From positions 319 to 64,318 of the forward strand of contig CAYXTA010000002.1 of NCBI GenBank assembly GCA_964468315.1: DNA of 64,000 bases, written 5' to 3'. The translations under genes were made by a program, and so were the position numbers. Positions 58,915 through 64,000 of the stretch are shown here, piece by piece. The notes below the pieces were generated by a model. It saw only the letters and a program-made list of their open reading frames with translations, was not told the origin of the DNA and did not search any database. Numbering within the stretch: position 1 is the first letter of the stretch; the number at the start of each line of letters is the position of its first letter. Origin of the DNA: an uncultured Candidatus Saccharibacteria bacterium. GTDB lineage: Bacteria; Patescibacteriota; Minisyncoccia; Phycocordibacterales; UBA9973.

Positions 58915-59042
58915 CAAATGATTTAATGTCTTTTAGCTATGACTACAAGTAGTACTTATTGGGAAAGAACCTTAATTACTAGGATTAAGTATAGCATAGA
59001 TGGTGGTAAAAGTCAATGATAAATACTCTTGTAAATTAAGCC

Positions 59043-61379
59043 TTATTTTGCAATAGCTGCAGCTTCTTCGAATTTCACTGAGAGGAGTTTAGAACCTCCA
59101 TCAGAGCCAACGGTAACGCCGTAGAGGACACCAGCACGAGACATAGTCTCACGATTGTGAGTGACGACGATGAGCTGTGAATGGTGCGAGAGTTTTTCGA
59201 GCATATCTCCATATTTACGAGAATTCGCTTCGTCGAGCGCTGCGTCTGTCTCGTCGAGGACGAGGAATGGCGGAGGGTTCACTTGTGACACAGCAAAAAG
59301 AAGTGCGATAGATGTGAGTGATCTTTCCCCTCCTGAAAGAGCTTGAAGTTCTTTCACTTTTTTATGTGGAAGAGAAACACTGATTTCAATACCATGTTCA
59401 AAGACAATAGCTTCTTCGTCTATTTCTTCTTCATCTTTCTTGCCTCTTTTTTGTTCTGCGACAACAGAAAGAAATGCAGAACCTCCCCCGAACATAAGAG
59501 CAAAGAATTCTTGGAATTCTTTATTGATTTTTGTAACACCAAGTTTAAATTCAGTATCTATCTTTTCTTTAAGATCGAGCATTAGCTTACGAAGTGATTC
59601 TATGCTCATAGAAAGATCTTCCATTTCTTTTGCAAGGAATGCATCTCTATCTCTCACCTCTTCAAATTCTTTTAATACTTCAGTTGTACCTCCAAGTCCA
59701 GCATCTTCGAGTTTTATTTTAATGCGTTCGATTTTTCTACGACGTTCTTCTTGATTTTCTCTTGATTCATCGATATTTTCTATTTGAAAATTCTTATATG
59801 ACAAAATATCTGCACCGAGAAATATTGAACCTTCTCGTATTTGATCTTCAAAGCTAGTCATAAGGCGAGCGTAACTTTCTTCTTTTATAGCAATAGTATT
59901 TAAAGACGAAATGAGTTCTTGTTTTCTAACAGCAAAATCAAATTTGTTTTTTTGTATTTCTTGAAAAGAAAAATTATCTTTTTGTATTTCATTTTTCAAA
60001 TTTTCTAATGCTTGAGCAAACTTCCCTTCTTCATCTTCTATCTTACTCATCTCTGCGAGAATTTCTGTTTGAGTATTTTTCAAATTTTCTAGATTATTTT
60101 GATTCTCAAAAGCATCAGTTATGTGTTCTTGCGAATGGTCTGGCCGAGCGGAGTGAGGAGAACCGAAGACCTGAGCAGGAGCACTAACTGATGCTGTTCT
60201 AATAAAGCGATCCAAGATATCTTTTATCTTTCCTAACATCGGTGCAATGTTTTCTAAAACATCTATGTACATAGCTTCTTCTATATATTCATTTAACTCT
60301 TTATAGAAAGAATCAAAATCTTCTTTTGAAATACTTACTTTGTCGTTTGTATGTTCTTTTACTTGAGTTTCATTATGTACAACTGGTGCGCGATTGCTTT
60401 CCATTTCTATCATAGCTTCTATGCGACCAAGTTTACGTGAAAGTTCACTTTTTATATTTCTTATTTCTGATATTTTCTTTTCAAGATCTCGTATTTCTAT
60501 ATTCTTTAAATTTTCAGTATTTGGTGTTGTATTTTCTATTCCTGATATTTTTCCAGAAATAACTTCAATTTCATTTTGAATACGCTTTTTATCTTCTAAA
60601 AAAGAAGTATTTTGATTTTCTAAATAAAGCGCTTCTCTTTTTAAATATTCACGAGAAAGATCAAGAAGTTCTATCTTTAGTTCTTTTGCTTTTTCTAATT
60701 TCTCTACTTGTTTACGCAAAAAATTAAGATGTGGAGCTATTTCTTTACGAAGAAGTGAAACTTCTTTCATATTGTTTGTAGTACGGTCAAGTTTACGCTC
60801 ACTTTCTTTTATTTTGTATTGATATATCTTGAGTCCGAGTGCATCTTCGATCATTTCTCTTCTGTCTTTCGCTGAAGCATTAAGTATTCTATCTGCTTCT
60901 CCTTGAGAAATAATATGGTGACCAGAAGAACCAATGTTCACAGATGAAAGCAAGGTCATAATATCTTTCAAACGAACTTCTGATCCATTGAGAGAATATT
61001 TATTTAAACCATCAGAAAAAACTTCACGAGAAACAGTAATGTGTTCGTAATTTAAATTTACTTTATCACCATTTTCATTTTCTAATTTAAAAACCTTATC
61101 AGTATTGTTGAAACAAATAGAAACAGAAGCACGAGAAGATTTTGGTAGTGTTTTTGAGCCTTTGAAAATAAGATCAAGCCCTGCTTTCCCACGCATTGAT
61201 TTGATGGATTGTTCACCAAGTACGAAACGTATCGCTTCTACGACATTAGACTTTCCAGATCCATTAGGACCAACAACAGATGTGATAGAACTTTGAAACT
61301 CTAAAGAAGTTTTTTTTGCGAAAGATTTGAAACCATTTATTTCTAAAGATTTAAGTCGCATAGAAATTAATCGAGCCAA
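59043..61379 (-). CDS. smc: Chromosome segregation SMC-family ATPase, short form.
   Basis: 778 aa. N-terminal Walker A 'GPNGSGKSN', long coiled-coil regions, C-terminal signature 'LSGGERSLTSIALLFAV' and Walker B 'FLVLDETDAALD'. It is about 400 aa shorter than canonical SMC. It contains one in-frame GC-rich element (60127..60166). Confidence 0.8.
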   Translation of the reverse strand: MARLISMRLKSLEINGFKSFAKKTSLEFQSSITSVVGPNGSGKSNVVEAIRFVLGEQSIKSMRGKAGLDLIFKGSKTLPKSSRASVSICFNNTDKVFKLENENGDKVNLNYEHITVSREVFSDGLNKYSLNGSEVRLKDIMTLLSSVNIGSSGHHIISQGEADRILNASAKDRREMIEDALGLKIYQYKIKESERKLDRTTNNMKEVSLLRKEIAPHLNFLRKQVEKLEKAKELKIELLDLSREYLKREALYLENQNTSFLEDKKRIQNEIEVISGKISGIENTTPNTENLKNIEIRDLEKKISEIRNIKSELSRKLGRIEAMIEMESNRAPVVHNETQVKEHTNDKVSISKEDFDSFYKELNEYIEEAMYIDVLENIAPMLGKIKDILDRFIRTASVSAPAQVFGSPHSARPDHSQEHITDAFENQNNLENLKNTQTEILAEMSKIEDEEGKFAQALENLKNEIQKDNFSFQEIQKNKFDFAVRKQELISSLNTIAIKEESYARLMTSFEDQIREGSIFLGADILSYKNFQIENIDESRENQEERRRKIERIKIKLEDAGLGGTTEVLKEFEEVRDRDAFLAKEMEDLSMSIESLRKLMLDLKEKIDTEFKLGVTKINKEFQEFFALMFGGGSAFLSVVAEQKRGKKDEEEIDEEAIVFEHGIEISVSLPHKKVKELQALSGGERSLTSIALLFAVSQVNPPPFLVLDETDAALDEANSRKYGDMLEKLSHHSQLIVVTHNRETMSRAGVLYGVTVGSDGGSKLLSVKFEEAAAIAK
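60127..60166 (+). repeat. GC-rich repeat element copy 5 (subtype B), in frame inside smc.
   Basis: tggtctggccgagcggagtgaggagaaccgaagacctgag, encoding ...FGSPHSARPDHSQ.... Confidence 0.6.
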
Positions 61380-62062
61380 TTTTTTACTTTTAAAGCACTT
61401 TGAGCAGCAGATTGTTCAGCTTCTTGTTTAGACTTACCTTTTCCTTCAGCAATCAAATCTCCACCAAATAAAATACCGACAGTAAAATGTTTATCATGAT
61501 CAGGTCCTGATTCGGATAAAACTTTGTATGCAGGAGTAAGACTAAAAAATTCTTGAGATTTTTCTTGTACGAGACTTTTTGCGTCACGCCATAATTTCTT
61601 TGTAACTATTTCTTCTGTATAAGGCAAAAGCGTTTCTGTGATAAATTTCTCTGCAATCTCATAACCAGAGTCCATATACAAAGCTCCAACAAATGCTTCA
61701 TAAGTATTCGCGAGAATGTATTGGCGAGCCTTACCTGTATCTTTTGATTCACCACGTGACAAAAGTAAATATTCATTCATTCCTATTTTAGATGCAATTT
61801 CAGAAATAATAATTGCATTTACGAGTGCACTGCGAAGAGCAGTAAGCTCTCCTTCTGTATATGTATTATATTTTTTATATAAATAATCTGTAACGACAAG
61901 CTCAAGCACTGCATCACCCAAAAACTCTAAGCGTTCATTGTGAGTCATTCCTGTATTTGGATTTTCATTTATATATGAACGATGTATAAATGCTTGCATT
62001 AAAAGATTTTTGTCTTTAAACGATACACCTATTTTTTTTTCGAAAATAGAAAAATCAACCAT
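61367..62062 (-). CDS. rnc: Ribonuclease III.
   Basis: 231 aa. The RNase III signature 'ERLEFLGDAVLEL' is present, with a C-terminal dsRBD. Confidence 0.9.
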   Translation of the reverse strand: MVDFSIFEKKIGVSFKDKNLLMQAFIHRSYINENPNTGMTHNERLEFLGDAVLELVVTDYLYKKYNTYTEGELTALRSALVNAIIISEIASKIGMNEYLLLSRGESKDTGKARQYILANTYEAFVGALYMDSGYEIAEKFITETLLPYTEEIVTKKLWRDAKSLVQEKSQEFFSLTPAYKVLSESGPDHDKHFTVGILFGGDLIAEGKGKSKQEAEQSAAQSALKVKNWLD

Positions 62063-62070
62063 AATTATTT

Positions 62071-62970
62071 TTATTTATTTATAATCTCAACTGCTTTTGT
62101 AATAAGAGGAATTATATCGTTATACATTTTCAAATCTGGAATTTCAGAAAGAGAAAACCATCTTGCTCCATCAAGACCACCTGATTCCGCAAGCATAAGT
62201 TCTTTGTATTCACTTTCAGCCAAGAAATATGTAACCTTTTTTAAAATTCTTCCCTTTTCTGGATGCTTTGCGACATATTCATTTTCACCAAGTTTTGCTT
62301 TTATCTCAACATTTAAATTTATCTCTTCTTTCATTATTCTCTTTGTAGCTTCTTCGTCACTCTCGCCTTCTTCTACACCACCTTTTGAAAGGGTCCAGTA
62401 TCCAAATACATCATGCACAAATGCAAAATATAAATTATTTTCTTTTCTAGCATAAACAATAGCTCCGCCTTTTCTTTCAATTGGAAGTTTTGTAATGTCT
62501 ATCGGTTCATCATCTTTGAATTTCTTTTTACTAACTTCGTCTTTACCAGGCTCACCGATTTCTTTATAAACTGCACCGAGAACTCCGTTAATAAATTTAC
62601 CAGAATTCTCTCCACCGAAAGTTTTTGCGAGTTCTATAGATTCATTTATCGCAACCTTTGGAGGTACTTGTGTACGATCACCAAAAAGAAGCTCATTGAG
62701 CCCTATTCTTAAAATATTTCTATCTACTATTGAGATCTTGTCTATTGGCCACTCAGGAGCAGCTTTTTCTATGATCTCATCTAAAACGTTACGATTTTTT
62801 AAAATTTGTTCTGTAAGATTTAAAACAAAAACATCGTCTTCAAGACCTGGAGCGAATTCACTTAAATTACGAGCAACTGCTTCTTTTATATCAGAAGTTT
62901 TTGCACCGTTAAAATCCCACTCAAAAAGTGTCTGAAGAACTATTGATCTGGAAAGGTGCCTGTTAGCCAT
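62071..62970 (-). CDS. nusB: NusB-family RNA-binding domain fused to a C-terminal NUDIX hydrolase domain.
   Basis: 299 aa. Residues 1-140 are NusB-like ('RSIVLQTLFEWDF', 'DRNILRIGLNELLF'). Residues about 160-299 carry a Nudix box 'GGVEEGESDEEATKRIMKEEINL' (GX5EX7REUXEEXGU). Confidence 0.75.
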   Translation of the reverse strand: MANRHLSRSIVLQTLFEWDFNGAKTSDIKEAVARNLSEFAPGLEDDVFVLNLTEQILKNRNVLDEIIEKAAPEWPIDKISIVDRNILRIGLNELLFGDRTQVPPKVAINESIELAKTFGGENSGKFINGVLGAVYKEIGEPGKDEVSKKKFKDDEPIDITKLPIERKGGAIVYARKENNLYFAFVHDVFGYWTLSKGGVEEGESDEEATKRIMKEEINLNVEIKAKLGENEYVAKHPEKGRILKKVTYFLAESEYKELMLAESGGLDGARWFSLSEIPDLKMYNDIIPLITKAVEIINK

Positions 62971-63014
62971 AAATTAAAATTTAAAAATTAAGGCTCTAGA
63001 ATTTTAGCTAGTGC

Positions 63015-63239
63015 CTATTTGTCTGCTTTCTTTGCTTTTGCTTTCGTGACTTTCTTTTCAGCTTTTTTAACCAAATCTAAAACTTTCTTACCATTATAAA
63101 AACCACAAGTCTTACAAACCATGTGACTTTTCTTAAGTGCTGAACAATTTGTACACTTCACGAAACTCGTTGTTTTAAGAGCGTGATGTGAACGTCTGTT
63201 CGCTGTATGTGATTTTGTATGTCTCATTCGTACTACCAT
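63015..63239 (-). CDS. rpmF: 50S ribosomal protein L32 with a Lys-rich C-terminal extension.
   Basis: 74 aa. 'MRHTKSHTANRRSHHAL' is the L32 N-terminus. A C4 zinc ribbon 'CTNC...CKTCGFYNGKKV' is present. Confidence 0.7.
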   Translation of the reverse strand: MVVRMRHTKSHTANRRSHHALKTTSFVKCTNCSALKKSHMVCKTCGFYNGKKVLDLVKKAEKKVTKAKAKKADK

Positions 63240-63314
63240 AATGAAACCATTCTAGCATTACTCTTAATAAAAAGCAAACTAGCAAAACAAGCCAAATATG
63301 CTATTATTTAACCT

Positions 63315-64000
63315 ATGAACAATACTGAAAAATTACACAATATAAGACATAGTTTGGCACACCTTTTAGCTGCAGCTATTTTAGAAATTTATCCAGATAC
63401 AAAAAACACTATTGGCCCAGCTATCGATGATGGTTTTTATTATGATTTTGAATTCTCCTCCCCTGTTTCTGAAAAAGAATTACCAAAAATAGAGAAAAAA
63501 ATGAAAGAACTTTTAAAAGCTTGGAATAAATTTGAAAGTGAAGAAAAAACTCCAGAACAAGCAAAAGAATATTTCAAAAACAATGAATACAAAATAGAAT
63601 TAATAAACGATATCGTTGAAAAAGGAGAAAAAATAACTTTCTACACTTCTGGTACCTTTACAGATCTTTGTCGTGGAGGACATACAGAAAATCCTGTAAA
63701 AGATATATCTGCTGATGCCTTTACACTCGACCGTGTAGCTGGTGCATACTGGCGTGGAGATGAAAAGAATAAAATGCTTACTCGTATATATGGCCTCGCA
63801 TTTGAAACAAAAGAAGAACTCGAAGCATATTTAAATCAAAGAGAAGAAGCTAGAAAAAGAGATCATAAAAAAATAGGAAAAGAGCTTGGACTCTTTGTTT
63901 TCTCTGAACTTGTAGGTGCAGGGCTCCCCCTTTGGACACCAAAAGGTACAATCATCCGTGAACTTCTTAACGACTATGTTTGGAGTTTAAGAAAACCAAA
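63315..64000 (+). CDS. thrS: Threonine--tRNA ligase, N-terminal part; it runs off the window end and no TGS domain is evident.
   Basis: Starts directly with the second-additional-domain motif 'HSLAHLLAAA', then 'RDHKKIGKELGLF', which is classic ThrRS. Confidence 0.85.
   Translation, partial: MNNTEKLHNIRHSLAHLLAAAILEIYPDTKNTIGPAIDDGFYYDFEFSSPVSEKELPKIEKKMKELLKAWNKFESEEKTPEQAKEYFKNNEYKIELINDIVEKGEKITFYTSGTFTDLCRGGHTENPVKDISADAFTLDRVAGAYWRGDEKNKMLTRIYGLAFETKEELEAYLNQREEARKRDHKKIGKELGLFVFSELVGAGLPLWTPKGTIIRELLNDYVWSLRKP

Noticed and set aside
1-64000. CRISPR arrays, rRNA genes, IS/transposase or integrase genes, and prophage structural genes.
   Set aside because: No regularly spaced direct repeats, no rRNA-like conserved blocks, and no ORF with transposase, integrase or phage hallmark motifs was seen anywhere in the window.

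Overview
This is an AT-rich (roughly 30% GC by eye), gene-dense segment with short intergenic spacers and many compact versions of housekeeping proteins. That profile fits a reduced-genome bacterium of the Patescibacteria/CPR type; the lineage call is inference only.

Core content:
- DNA repair and recombination: uvrC, uvrA, uvrB, recA, recO, ssb.
- Translation: rpsB-tsf, efp, rpsF-ssb-rpsR, rpmF, proS, metG, glyQS, thrS (partial), tgt.
- Cell shape, division and chromosome: mreB-mreC, ftsK, smc.
- RNA metabolism: rnr, rnc, and a nusB-Nudix fusion.
- RNA genes: tRNA-Ala(TGC) and tRNA-Thr(TGT).
- Several clean rho-independent terminators.

The accessory part is a surface-glycan locus of about 15 kb (roughly 23.2-37.9 kb). 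It holds a WbaP-like initiating transferase, a Wzm/Wzt ABC exporter, tandem FkbM-type methyltransferases, several GT2 enzymes, a GT11 alpha-1,2-fucosyltransferase next to a GT6 enzyme carrying the bacterial NXN motif and an extra C-terminal domain, an NAD-dependent epimerase, a Wzy_C/O-antigen-ligase-like protein with TPR repeats, and a Ser/Thr-rich secreted surface protein. The GT11 plus GT6 pair predicts an ABO(H) blood-group-like glycan, possibly attached to that surface protein.

Other signals worth a second look:
- A GC-rich element of about 30-40 nt present in five same-orientation copies: four in frame inside uvrC, uvrB, tgt and smc, and one in the loop of an rpsB-tsf intergenic palindrome.
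- A roughly 0.8 kb island of much higher GC carrying one unrecognised ORF.
- Four consecutive stem-loops in the divergent ftsK promoter region.
- A DD-carboxypeptidase-CapA fusion.

No CRISPR array, rRNA gene or classical IS/transposase was seen.
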